Positions 25,580-38,653 of a DNA stretch of 64,000 nucleotides are shown in pieces (position 1 is the first letter of the stretch; the number at the start of each line of letters is the position of its first letter). Both the position numbers and the translations under genes were made by a program. The notes under the pieces were generated by a model. It was not told where the DNA came from. It did not search any database and saw only the letters and a list, made by a program, of their open reading frames with translations. The stretch comes from Takakia lepidozioides (taxonomy: Eukaryota; Plantae; Bryophyta), in NCBI GenBank assembly GCA_030704615.1, contig CM060731.1, forward strand, positions 42,284,001 through 42,348,000. The letters run 5' to 3'.

Positions 25580-28191
25580 TCAAAAACTCCGGGGCGTTGT
25601 GTGAAATCCACACATTTTGTGACAGATTTCTTTGAGTGTCTGCCTGGCGGAGTAAGGCAAACAGTATTGGAGCATTCTTGAGTGAAGACGAACTAGCGCC
25701 TCCTGAAGATAAGCAGCATGTAAATAGAAAGACGGAGTCATGAGAGGGAAAGACTCACAGCTGTGGTATTCTGCTTCCAGCTTTAGCAGACCAGCTTGCC
25801 CAGCTCCTTTTGCAAGTGCTGGACCCCCTGTATCGAATTACTAACAAAGCCTGCAACTTGCTGGCACATGGTTGGAGAAAGTTGGGGATCGGGTACTCCC
25901 ATTACATTAGATTACATCTCAGTCTAATCTGCGAGTAAGAGATAATATTTCTGGGACGTTTGCCGAGGCAAAATAGCGACGATACTCCTTTCGAGACAAT
26001 TTGACAACCAGCTTCACCACAACCGCGAATGTCACCTTGTGGTGAGAGATGCTCATCTCCACCGAGTTCCTGTCCAATCGACTCGGTATGAAGCCCCGAA
26101 GGTAAGGGGCTGCAGGGAAGTAGAGAGACATGTCTTACTTGCCGGTCTACTTGGAGGACAAGAAAGATTACCCATAAACATTGTCCCGACTGCGACCCAT
26201 GTCCATATGCAGGAAGCCCTTCTGGCATGCCCAACACAGTAGTCATGGATCACTAGGTTGAGTTCATCACCAACACCAAGAAGGTGTACAGGTGTGGGCG
26301 TGTGGGCCAGCTGCCCTGCCACATTGCCAGGCTACTGAAAATTTCGAGAAAGCGTTTGTACATGCTATTAAATTTCTGTAAGTTACTAGTGATTGGGTCT
26401 GCTGATTTTCTTTGCCAGATCATGAGAGATACATGTGTGTCAACTGATTGTCTGGCACTGGTTGACTTTGTGGATCTGTCACTATAAAAATTTATGAACT
26501 TTTCCTTACAGGATCTCCCTCACTGCATACAATGGAGTATCAACACATATGCCGCTCTCACTGTGAATTATGGTTGGGAAGTTGAGCCTACCCGGTGCAA
26601 CAAGATGGCATGGCCCAGCCAGACCGAAACGTGGCTGCTTGGACTACTGGGTAGCTTCTGCTCCACGTATTGCATGCCGACAACATGAAAGGAGCTCAGG
26701 AGGTGAGGTGGGCACAACATCAACTTGAGCATGGACCCAGACTGCGGCTAACATACTACGGATAAGACACATGTCTTGTCTATCTTGTAGTAGGATGCCT
26801 ACAAGGAGACGAAAGCAACAGAAAGGGCAGCACGGCCTCCGGGTAGAAACTAGAAACAGGTATGTAAGTTACATAAAGACAGAGCCAGTAATTGGGCTCT
26901 CTCTTCTATGCATGTGAGGTGTCGGTTTCATACAGCATATGTACAGGGAGCTTTTGGCAGATAGTACAGTATAAATTAGGTGCGGTGTCAGGGAGCCTGG
27001 AGGTTGACGCAGTGCTGAGGCACCACATAAGAATGATCCCACTTTTAATGAATTGCAAAGTCTACTGAAAGCTTGTCACCCAGGTCGGAACAAAGCTTAT
27101 GACGTCAAGTTTCCTAACACGTAATATTGGACGCCAAGAGCAGAGCAGATCGAGAGGGGATCAAGACAGGTGCAGACTGCTGAATTTGTGTAAGTATTAT
27201 GTCCCTGTAGACCCCAAATCTGAGTTTGACTCTCAACAAATTAGTTGCCGATTGGAAATATGTATCATAGTCTATAGTCCAGAAAGAGCTGCCATGGGAT
27301 TACATAAGCAGACTCCAGGTTGAAGATCTAACATGCATTGTAGACTGTGCCCTTAGTAACCCAGTAGCTGCACGACAGGGCTGAGCCGCACAGTCATAAT
27401 TGTCGTCGTGCAGTGTTGGACTTGTGGGTTGGCCCACCGTCCACACATCCGCCGGAAGCTGGCACCATGCACTATTCTATCGATCATGTGGGCACACCTC
27501 ATCCTACACAGACTGGCATCCCACTACCAATTGCGTTTACTGCTAAACTACCCTACTAGATATGACGCTGCGGACATTAGGAAAAACTCCGTTGAGGGTC
27601 CTAGAAGTTCCTCATTTGAGTATCAACAGGGAGGTTTGCAAGGCCGAAATGAAAATGGGTGGAAAAATGGGAAGCACGATGAGGTGCTCTAGAGGATAAT
27701 AGAGTACCTCAGACTTGAACTCAATCGATGCAGTGATAAACGACTGGATTCTCGAGAACCTTCCATGGCTCTTTGGGATATTGTTGATCACCTCACCCCT
27801 ATCAGGATTGTGATGTCTGTTTTTCATCAAACAAGCCGTAGTTTTCTTCTAAATCGACCTCTTGAGGAGAACGTCCATGATGTTTGCTGGCCGGCTAACG
27901 TCAAGTGCTATGTTCAGGACTTCTCGGATTTTAGTTGTATCCATTGTAATGGAGCCTTGATGCGATTTCTACACTGAAGACTAAAATATCTACACACAAA
28001 AATGTCGGTGGAGCAATGCTTCGACAGACTCACTTGTCAAAATCTGGAGAAAAGATCCAGGATGAAAAGGCCCTAGAAGAGCAGGAGGGCACCCACAGAG
28101 CATGCTTTGCGGCATGACATGAAAAGGGACGCACTCCTGCTGCAGGAACAGAAAGGAAGAGGAAGCTCGACTGTGGGGAGGGAGGCGGCAT
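25580..28191 (-). pseudogene. Probable decayed multi-exon gene of unknown family
   Basis: Series of minus-strand segments bounded by canonical (Y)nCAG acceptors and GTGAGT/GTAAG donors, with protein-like reading frames broken by stops; family not recognised. Confidence 0.3.
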
Positions 28192-28734
28192 GTTCCACGC
28201 GTAATCGGCCTTCGTCCCCACGCTGACAGATCTACAAGCATCGAAAAGTTTAAGTACATTTGTTTTTTTGAGGAGAATTTTAAATAATATTAAACAAATA
28301 ACTGGAAGATACTGCATTGCAGCAGGGGCCGCCACCTGGCGCTGTCGGAAGTGGGAACCCAACACGCCTACGTGGCAAACGTATCCCATCTCAGCTATCT
28401 CGCCAGCCAGGTCTAGTTAACCAAGCTAGCTGTCGCTTGTATAGCGGTTTGGTTTGGCCATAGTAATTATTTCTATTTCTATATTTTCACTTTTTAAAAA
28501 AAGAACGGATACTACTCAAATTAAAAAGCAAGGAAAAAAAAAGCTTGCAAGGCCATCATCAGGGTATTGAGAGAGATGAAGGACCCGAAAACGATCGAAC
28601 TAGTGGGACGGCATTTTTCTCTTTTGTCATATATTTGGACAATTGTACTCTTTTTTACATGGAACACTGAATATAAAAGTTTCTTTAGAGAAATTTCAGA
28701 AATAAATTTATAAACGAATAGGCTTAACCCTCAA

Positions 28735-29488
28735 CCCCTAAAGGACGAGCTAACTTTTGGGAGTTTTCCCAAAAAAGTGGGCCATACCCTCCATTGCTGA
28801 GCTGTAACTTCCTAACCCCCTTACATCCAGCTGGATGGACCGTTCCATTTCATCCTACCTACTTCATGAAGGTCCTCAGAAAATTGTAGCACTTTTGACT
28901 GTTCCATTTAGTAGATTATAACAAAAGAAAATTGGCCAAGTTGAAACCATGAACAAAAAAAGAGAGGAAAAATTGCTTTGACCATGCAAGTTTGTGATTT
29001 TACATTTTTTCTTGAAGAAATGGCCTCCAGAATCCAGATAAGGGGCAGCCAACAGGTCATCTCCCAGAATCTCAGACCCAAATGCCCAAAAATATGGGTG
29101 GCTGCCTTTGTAGTGAAATCTGGGGGGTTATATTATCTTTGTTTGCTTCTTTTACCAAGTACCCACCCATGAGGTGAGATATTTTTTTTTTCCAATTCCT
29201 CTGGTAAGTAAGTGAACAGTAACATTTCATGGGCCTTGTCCAAAATTTTGGGCATTATGATAAATTTCAGCCCTAGATGTTATCTTGAACATTGCCCATT
29301 TGACTGCCATGTAGGCAGGTCAATGGTGCTTTTACACTGGATTTCTTGAAACCCTGGCACTTTGCAAAATTCTAGGGAGCAGAGCTTTTATGATTTTTTG
29401 GCGCAAGGTTCACTTCCATCCACTATCATCCATGGGAATGGGAAGCGTGGCCGTAATCTGACATACCGGTCCCGTCGTCCTTTAGGGG
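28735..29488. mobile_element. Non-autonomous TIR element (MITE) with piggyBac-like ends
   Basis: TCAA|CCCCTAAAGGACGA ... TCGTCCTTTAGGGG|TTAA: perfect 14-bp TIR, TTAA on the right, TCAA on the left; no ORF. Confidence 0.6.
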
Positions 29489-32400
29489 TTAACTTCCTAC
29501 AGAGGGCGTTTTTTTGCCCTTGAAATTATATAACCAAGCTACCCCCTTGCCAAAAATATGAACCTTATAAATCAGTTGTTACCTACCACATACATCCATA
29601 TACCAAAGAATTCCACCACAAGATTTTTAAAACTATAGTGCTTTGGTAGGGGTTGTTTTCCTTTGGGGAAATGAGAAACCTGCAAGTTTGTCCACGAAAT
29701 GGAAATATCTGGTTGATTTTTGTTGGGCCCGCCGCACCACTACTGGCCATATCCTATTCCAAGGTATGCAAGCATGCACAAAATTCCATGCCAACCATGC
29801 CAAATTGCCGAAGGATGCTACATGCTCCTTTGGACGTGTTCTTAGTTGGGGGCAGAACATGGAGTTTCTAACATTGTCATAAAGTATGTAGAAATCCAAG
29901 ATTTTTTTCTATCCGAGCTGCGTGAGAATGAGTTCCTATAATCCTAATCAAAATGTCAAATTTTTCTGGGAATCCAATGGTGATTTTCCAAAATTTGAGG
30001 CCTAAGTAGGGCCAAGTGTTTCGGAGCTTGCTGTTGCATGCAACAATAGAGAGTTGTCACGCAAGTGGTCAACCCTCAGACTCTCTACCTCTCCTTACCT
30101 AACCCAAGCATTTTTGCAAAATTCTGCATGTCAGGGTTTTACTCCAAATGCTTTGTGGGTGGGTACCATGTTGTCAGCAAATTTATTGCTTCAACAATCA
30201 TTTAATTTCAATAAAATCTCAGCAAGATATCCCCATTTTTCTTACAACTCGCAACCCGATTCAAGTTTAGGGTCATTAAGCATAAATGTTTTAGCGTCTA
30301 TTCATTCTCCTAACTAGGTTAAATAGATTATGTTGCTATGCTTCTACATATGGTTGGATCCCCTCTATCAGTTGGCCCCATTTTGCCAAAAAAATTATCA
30401 TGCTAACGTTCGTCTTACACATTCCACTTGCTTCTAGGATCCAGGGTAGGAGTCATGTTAAGTTCAACACATCCATTTTTTAGGCTCCTCTTTATACCAT
30501 CCCAGCCCTAGCAAAGTGTTTGAAGGAATAGGCTAATTGTTTCTTTCCTCCTACTCTTTGTTTTAAAAGAAACTCCAAGCTTGTAGATCTCCATGCCACA
30601 ACTTTTCTAGATAGCTGATTGATGCTAGAAACAGGAAGTAGAAGGTTCTCACAAAATGTAATATTGTTTGTCAAAAATGTCTTGAGGAAAATGAAAATGA
30701 TCAGTCTAATACTTCTTATTGTTCTTCTAGAGCCAAAAAGAATCTATGCTCTCTACCTAGATTTAAAAGATGGTTTTTTTATTTGAGGTTGCTAGTTCCT
30801 TAAAAGTGAGAAGATAACATAATGATTATTTCTCGAAACCCAAAAAAATCGCTCACATTCAGGCTGCTTATGGGAATGACACCATCTTATAATTTATTTT
30901 GGAACCCTCATCACAGATCTAATATCTCAGTGGTTTGCATTGCAGCTGGTGCCTATGATCTCTTAGCCAACTTGGAGCTTCCGCTATTGGCTAGGGCATA
31001 ACTGTCCCCTCTTGGCATTTCATCATGACCCTCACACGGGGTATCGCTTAGGAAATCCCTATGGTTGTATAGAGTCCGCCGGATTAGCTCTTCATACTTC
31101 GTCAATTTTTGGCTCGCACAATTGCTTTAGTATCTTTGGTACTTTAACGGGCTTGCACTCGGCTTACTTCTTATATATACTTCTGTAGGTGTCGGTGGCG
31201 TGACGGTGAGGATTGCTCAACCAGCCTATGCTCTTTTTTGAGGACCACCATATTGTGACTCCTACCTAGTGGTGGTGAGCCATGGCCCACTCCTCGCGGC
31301 CCCATTGGCCTGCATGAGTGAGTCCCAAGACTCTCCCATGACTACGACCGACTACAACTACAACTCTCTACGCGACGATCATCCCACTCGGAGCCCCCAC
31401 CACAACTTGATTGAGAGGCTCCACCTAGTGAGTTCATTTTGTCTTCTTGAGTGTCTTAGCCACTTAAGGCACGTTCGTCCCCACTCCAACTGCTAATATT
31501 GCCCCGCCATAGGGAGCCCCTCTCATGTCCCACCCCCTGCCCTAAAAGCAAAGGCATGCGACAATAGCTTCCAATTGTTTCGACAAACGTCTTTCTTTTA
31601 TCTAGCCGTCAAAAAGATATATAACATTGAGTTAGGCGTGCTGCGCATTAAGTAATTAGTTGACCCACGTACCTCTGTTAATGGTTTCATGTTGAATGTA
31701 ACTACTACTTATTTCAAAAGCTTTTTCACCAGGATGCTCCTAGTGCCTCTTCCAAAGGCGGCTTTCCTTAAAGTTATATCAAACATCTCTTCTAAGTTTT
31801 AATGCAATTCAATCTCATAGTTTTTCCAAGACTTCTCTCATTTGGAAAATACTCCACCAATCTGAGAGCCTCAACGAACAGAAGGTGGTCCTCTAGAGTT
31901 CTTTTGCAAGCTGTGGCCCAATTGATGATGCATTCTTTAGCACTTTTTCTTGTTTGAAATGGTTTTGTTCCCAATGGATGTAGTTAGAGCGAGAGATGTA
32001 CACATGTGATGGTATCTTTAGTTCAACCTCTCATATATTCGCTTTACTTTGTATAAAATTTTCTTTGATTTGCTAATTGGCAGAATGATTCAATGCATAA
32101 GGGTATTTGGGCAGCTCTTCGAGGAAGCACTCAAAGCAAGTGAGCCACACTTTGCAATGACTTCAACGCTTCGTGGGGATGACATGACATCCTTTGCTCC
32201 TGTGCACTTGGGATGCTCATTCGATCCCCTAGACCTCCGACTTCCCATGTTATTGCTCTCAGCTCTCATGATCCTAGACCATCTCCTCTAGAAGTAGCCC
32301 AGGCTATCAATGGAGGCATTGCAAAATCACACCACCAAATTTTATGCAAACCTAAATATGAGGCGCAAACGTTAGCCCTCCTGTCCGGTCTCTAGTAGAT

Positions 32401-32700
32401 CATTTATATTTGGGCCCCTTCCATGGTAACTACCGCGGTTTCTCTTGTCCTTTGTTGGTTTGGGCTTGTGGCGATGGGAGGCTGCCAGCCCGCTCTCTCT
32501 ATGGCCTTAAATTATGGCACCCACACAAGGCTATTTTCCCCTTGTTATTTTCTCTTCTCCTTTTTCCTCTTAATTTGATGATATGATATGATCAGGGTTC
32601 CGCCGCCTCCTTTTCTTTAAGAAAGTTTTAATGTATATATATATTTTTATAAATTTAATAAAGGTTTGAGTTTCGACTCTGCTCTGCCCCTGCTGGTACC

Positions 32701-32799
32701 TAAAGTAAAAAACTTTCTGGCCCATCCTCTTTCAAGTTGTTGTCTTACCATAAAGTAAAAAACTTTCTGGCCCATCCTCTTTCAAGCTGTTGTCTTACC
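32701..32799. repeat. Tandem duplication, 2 x 50 bp
   Basis: TAAAGTAAAAAACTTTCTGGCCCATCCTCTTTCAAG(T/C)TGTTGTCTTACC twice. Confidence 0.9.
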
Positions 32800-33988
32800 T
32801 TCTTCAGGCAGTAGGTGAAACTAGAATAGTTTGATTCCTTTTTGTTAATATATGTAGCTCTATGAGATTGTGTTTCTCCACTTGGGGACACTTTTACCCA
32901 TTTGTACAGTCACCCCAATTGCGTCTTTGTACAAAACTATGTGGAACTTGTACACAGTAGAAACAAGACTCAAATGCCAATGACGTGTTCACATTACAGA
33001 GGTGCGCTTGGAGTGTCATGGATCGACAAATTGTCGCCCTTGATATGCTCTTTCGTGTAATCTAGTGGCTAGAAAGGTAAGAGTAGAGAGCATGAGTCAG
33101 CACAACACACCAATGGATGCCTGCCTTGACACTGTGTAAGGGTCCCTTGACTATGACATGTTGCTCTCCAAGACAGCCAGAGTGTAGAGAGAGCTAAGTA
33201 ACTTATTACTGGTCTGGTAGGAAGTGCGTGGAAGGGACAGGGAGGGAAGGGAGTGGGGGCAGCGATGGCGGAAGGTGGGAGGGAGAGGGGTGATGAGGCA
33301 GCAACGGTCAGCCCAGTATTGCGGGCGGGACCCACTGCCAGCCTTCAATACACCACCGTGCTCCCGTTCTTTTCTCTCAGCAATCATACATTCTCTTTAT
33401 GGCAGACGAGGCACTGTGCTTCTCCGCATTCCAGAGCTATCCGTTGAGAGTTTTCAGGATCCACGTACCAACACTTGGGTGTTCCGTTCCCCTGCCCTCG
33501 CTCAATTCTAGGACTCCGGAGTGACAGGGTCCTATAATCTAAGTTATTAACTGCTCTCTCCTCCTGTTTCTGATGCTTTATTTATTGAGGAAAAATTTCC
33601 CTTGAGGGATTTCACCTTCTGTGGACCTCTCTCTCCTCTCTCGCTAATCGCTGAGCTCTAAAGGGCTGGTGTAATTGAAAATCAATCTTAGTGGAACCGT
33701 TCCAGTGGTTGTCGTACTTCAGAATCCTAAGCTGACAGCGAGGTACATTTGACTGGCCTTACCGCCCGCAACGGTAGGCCAGCCATCATAAAAACACATA
33801 TGTTCACACCTGGGCATATAGATTGTAAACTACATATGTTTGTGCCTGCGCGGGGGCAGCTGGAGTCGACACCCTGAGTCTCCCTTTCCGGCTTTCCAAG
33901 CATGCTCCAAACTGGAGCACATACTTTAGAATCTAGAAGAAAACTTCTCAGGCAACTAGACTTTGGGGCAATCTGCTTACTGTCGAGG

Positions 33989-36900
33989 ATGAAGACTAGA
34001 ACTCCAATAAACCGGCGGCCATGGTTCCAATTGGCGATTCTCTTTTTTGCTATGTGTGTAACGAGGGGAAGTAATGGGCAAACTTTACAGGGAAGCTGGG
34101 CGATTCTCTTAGAAAACGCTGGGATTGCAACAATGCATACAGCCCTCACCCGATTCGGGACAGTGATTTTTCTAGACCGCACGGATATTGGGGCCTCCCA
34201 GATCGCCCTGCCAGGTACAAACCTTTGCTTGTCTTGATGTGTGAGCAACCAATGGGACCTGAGTAGTACGTGGTGTTTGAGTTTTCCTTACTCAATTTTC
34301 AACTTTCTTGGAATCAACCATTATGAAGGACGGGATGAGAAGTGACCTCAAAGTTGGCAGTGTGCATGCTTGTCTTTTGAGACATAGAGAGAAATCGCTC
34401 AAAAGGGCACTTGGCCAGGCGCAGGTGTGCTCCCAGGGCCCTCGGTGGTACCTCGATTAGACATTCAGCTATGGACACACTCCAGCTACAGCAACTGGCT
34501 ACATTGAAATCCTTTTGAACTTCATCGGTCTTCACTTGTCAAGCTGTAAAGAGTTATTTGAGGTCATGAAAATATAAACATTTTCAATGTGAACTAGTTA
34601 GACACCAATGGTGATCCAAGATCAATGCGGCGGTGAAATCTCAGTCCAAGTGCAGAGTTGAGCATTAAAATCCATCTCTACCACTAGCTCTCATGAATCG
34701 ATTGTGATTGCAGGCGGCGCTTGCAGAAATGATGTGATGGATTTGATCCTCAAGCATGACTGTACTGCACATTCGGTACTCTTTGACCCAACTCTCAACA
34801 CAGTTCGACCACTCACCATCCTTACTGACACCTGGTGCTCCTCGGGGCAATTCATGTCCGATGGGACACTTGTTCAAACAGGTGGAGATCTTGATGGCTT
34901 CAGTAAAGTCAGGTAGAGTTGATCTTTCTGAAACAACTTGTTTTGAAGCAATGGCCAAGAATATTAGGTCTTTGAGACTCTTACCACCCCCTACACCAAC
35001 AACCTCCCACCACCATCACCACATGACTATGATGAAACTCTCATTTAGAGATTATTGCATTGAATCCTTCAGCTCTGGTTGCAAGTGCGGCCCACTATCA
35101 TCAGCCTCCTTTCTATTTTCCTCTCTTGTCAATTTTTCCATCTTCTCATGATGATATCAATGAAGATAACTTGCAACTTACCGACGTGAAGAACCAAACA
35201 TTTTCTTAAATGTCTCTGTTTCTGGTTGTCTCTGGTTTTCCTAGACTGTGTTACTGGCAGTGCATATCCGTCGCCAAGCTTGGGGCTACAGAGGCATTTG
35301 GTGCAATCAGCATTGTGTTTCCTAGTATGATGTATAAATTGTTGTACGTCAGTCATTCAATTCCCTGTAGCCGAATCGTCGTGGTCTGTCCGGGATCTAT
35401 TTCTAAACAAGGCTCCTTTACCCTGGCAGGCTGAAATGCTGAAAATGCCGGCACAACCCTCTTTGGAAGGTTAAATATCCTGTGACAACTATGCCCTTAA
35501 GTGTATGTAGAGCTCTCAGCTCTCTTTTTCTCTCACGCAAGGTATATAATATCTACTAGCATCACTCCCAAATCTAGATCCTGAATCTAATACCAGGACT
35601 GCACAATTTTGATACAGGATATTTTCGCCATGTGACCCTTCTGGAACATGTGATTGGGTGGAGTCTACGGAGCAGATCTTGCAAGCGGGCCGTTGGTACG
35701 CAACCAATCAGCTGCTGCCAGATGGACGCCAGATCATTGTAGGTGGGCGTAGCCAACCCACATTGGAATTCTTGCCCCCCAATGGCCAGGGGCTTATTAA
35801 CCTCCCACTGCTGAGTGCAACAAATGACAATGAGACTGACAACCTCTACCCATATGTCCATCTTCTCCCAGATAACACTCTCTTCATCTTTGCAAACAGG
35901 GACTCCATTGTCTACAATTACATCACAAACACTGTAGTGAAAACTCTCCCTACTATTCCAGGTGAACCACGCAACTATCCATCAGCAGGGTCATCAGTGA
36001 TGCTGCCCCTTGTTTCGTCTGCTGTAGTGGAGATCCTAATTTGTGGAGGAGCTCAATTGGGGGCTTACTTGAATCCAGCAGCACAGATGCCGTGTTCGTC
36101 CACATGTGGCCGGATAACCGTTACAGATGCTGCTCCAGCATGGACAATGGAGACCATGCCAATCAATAGGTGCATGGGCGACATGATCCTTCTTCCATCA
36201 CAGGATGTTCTCATTATAAATGGTGCTCAGCAAGGTACGACTCTCATTGCCAATTCTAGCATGCCACCCCCAGTTTTCATTGAATTTGCAAGTTCCCATT
36301 TCACATAGCCGTGGAAATACAATCTATATTTTTGGAGCTTCTAGCACATTAGCCAGGGACCTTGGCACTGGGACTGCAGGGATTCTGGGTTTTGTAGATA
36401 GATATTGTTGGTGGCTACGACACATGATCCAACTTCCCCTGGGTAGGATGACAAAGCTGAGGTTGTTATGTGAAGTTATCAACAGAGGGATGTAAGACAG
36501 TAGTTTTTCGTAGATCCAGAGGCCAGTGTATACTAATGCAGGATTCGGAGGTACAACTTGTATGAAGAGGGTGAGCATCAACATAGTAGACATATTTAAC
36601 AAGTTTTACTAATTAGTCTATGAACACAGGGTAAGCATCTCCTGTCCCTCTTTATTAAATGCACTAGAAAATTGAAGCGACACTTTGCATTGAAGAACTT
36701 TACTGGGCCTGTCTGGGAGCTCTGTTGCTCTGAAGCTGCCCATTCCCAGATGCAATGCGTCTTCTAGCATGATATCTGCACACATCCTTAGTGCATACAA
36801 GCACTTGTCCTCTTTTCTTGGTGTGGGCTGCTAGTGCTATAGCAATATCGGTCTGAGTTTCTTTACCCTGGTGGGAACTCCTGTCGAAGGGCTGCAGCAG

Positions 36901-38080
36901 GGTATCTTTCCTTAAGAGTGTACACATTCATAGCCAGCATTCACATGGAGCTCTCAATGAGTGCAAATTGGGGGCTGGGAAAATGCTGCTGAAAATGCTC
37001 TGTGGGCAGAGTTTAATAAGTACATTCTCTGTCCACCTCTTTGTGACAGTTCCATACTAATGTCACCCCTCACACGAGTGTTTACACGATCTTATGATTA
37101 CTTAATCCATCTCATGAAGGTGTTACTGAATTATCCATACATGGTGGTGCAGGATCACAGGGGTGGAACAACGCAGAGAACCCTGCATTGAACCCGTTGT
37201 TGTACAGTCCCTATTCTACAGCAGGGTTACGGTTCACAGTGTTGGCACCCTCGACCATTCCTCGCATGTATCACTGCACAGCCAACCTTCTTCCTGTAAG
37301 TATTGCCAGCCTTCCAGTCATTTAAGTCACTCTGAGGAACGTATGCTTTCCAAAAAGCTGGCAAACAAGTTAATGTGATTTATCTTGCTCAGAAGTTATA
37401 TCATATCATTCGGTTGGGTGATTGGTGGCCTTGGAGGCAGATGTATGCATTCTTGGTAAAATGTAGGCTTACATCGGAACTAAGTTTTGAGTTGGACATA
37501 TTGCTTTGTGGTGACATTACTCCCAAGTCCTGATTTGTCTTCTAGATCTGCCTATGGCACAACCATGACTTGTTGTTTGGAGCAAATCCCAGTAAGCTGT
37601 GTTCATATAACTTGACCTTTTTGCTGGTTCTTGCAGGATGGCCGTATTCTCATAGCAGGGAGCAACCCCCATGAATTCTACACTTTTGAGGGTTCCTTCC
37701 CCACAGATTTACGGATCGAGGCCTTCTCTCCTCCTTACCTCAGCCCTGATCAGAATGTGATGAGGCCCACCATCACAGTTTGCCCTGCTCAAATCACATA
37801 CAATACCACATTCACCATCACCATCACCACTACCTTGATTTTAACAGGCAGTATTCAGGTTAACCTTGTTAGTGTCCCCTTTGTGACCCATTCTTTTGGC
37901 CAAGGACAGCGTCTTTTACCTTTGAGTGCCACAGGTCCTGTACCAGTGGCCACAAATACATATCAAGTGACTGCAACAGCCCCACTGGACAATGTTCTAG
38001 CCCCATCTTCATACTACATGCTCTTTGCTGTCAACCAGGGGATTCCCAGTCAAGCTGCCTGGGTTCTAGTTTCGGTCTGA
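33989..38080 (+). CDS. Glyoxal oxidase / aldehyde oxidase GLOX-like copper radical oxidase (secreted). Exons 33989-34214, 34714-34912, 35618-36234, 37153-37295, 37637-38080
   Basis: Hydrophobic N-terminal signal-like segment; motifs AGIATMH, LDRTDIG, TDTWCSSG, RWYATNQLLPDG, NLYPYVHLLPD, RNYPSAGSSVMLPL, PRMYH, GSNPH, FVTHSFGQGQR; GT-AG junctions preserve frame. Confidence 0.95.
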
Positions 38081-38211
38081 TCAATCCAAATCCTTTGTAA
38101 GCTCGGCTTTTGAGAGAATTGCACTTCCTAGACTGAGCATGTGGTTGCCTTATGGCTTCATACATTCCAGATTAGATGCAATTGACAGAGGTGATAGGAG
38201 GAGTATGTAGA

Positions 38212-38653
38212 CAGACGCACATACGACCACAGCCACTTTGTATATAGAATTTACTGCACTCCGAACAACAAAGGGAGAAGTGGTCACAGACGAATAGGTA
38301 GATCAGGTACACGGGAGTTCAATAGCAGTAAGCATCCAACAGATGGCCCGGTCGTTAGGGCACAAGGCTGCTGCCTTACAAGTGGCCCTGGGTTGAAAGC
38401 CACATAGGATCTCACCCATTATGGCCAACCCAGCTACAATAGCGGGGTAATTGGGTCAACCGATTACTTCATGTCTGGGTGTACCTGGGGACTTTGGAGT
38501 CCTTGGGGAGGGTTGGGCAACTGTATTGCCCCTGTCCACCTTCACCCCTGAAGGGCTATTGCCTTCCGCTTAGAAGTACACCGTAAGTTACACTTGCGTA
38601 GGCTAGAGTCACCTTCAGTAGGAGTGCTCACTTGCAGCCACATACTCAAGCAA
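38212..38653 (+). mobile_element. Candidate tRNA-derived SINE-like insertion
   Basis: A-box-like TGGCCCGGTCG (38344) and B-box-like GGTTGAAAGCC (38391); flanked by near-identical GAGGAGT(A/C)TGTAGA at 38198-38211 and 38658-38671. Confidence 0.35.

Noticed and set aside
33727-34248. Antisense ORFs overlapping real genes and TEs (this one and similar ones in the ORF track)
   Set aside because: Shadow frames of coding sequence on the opposite strand, with no motifs of their own.
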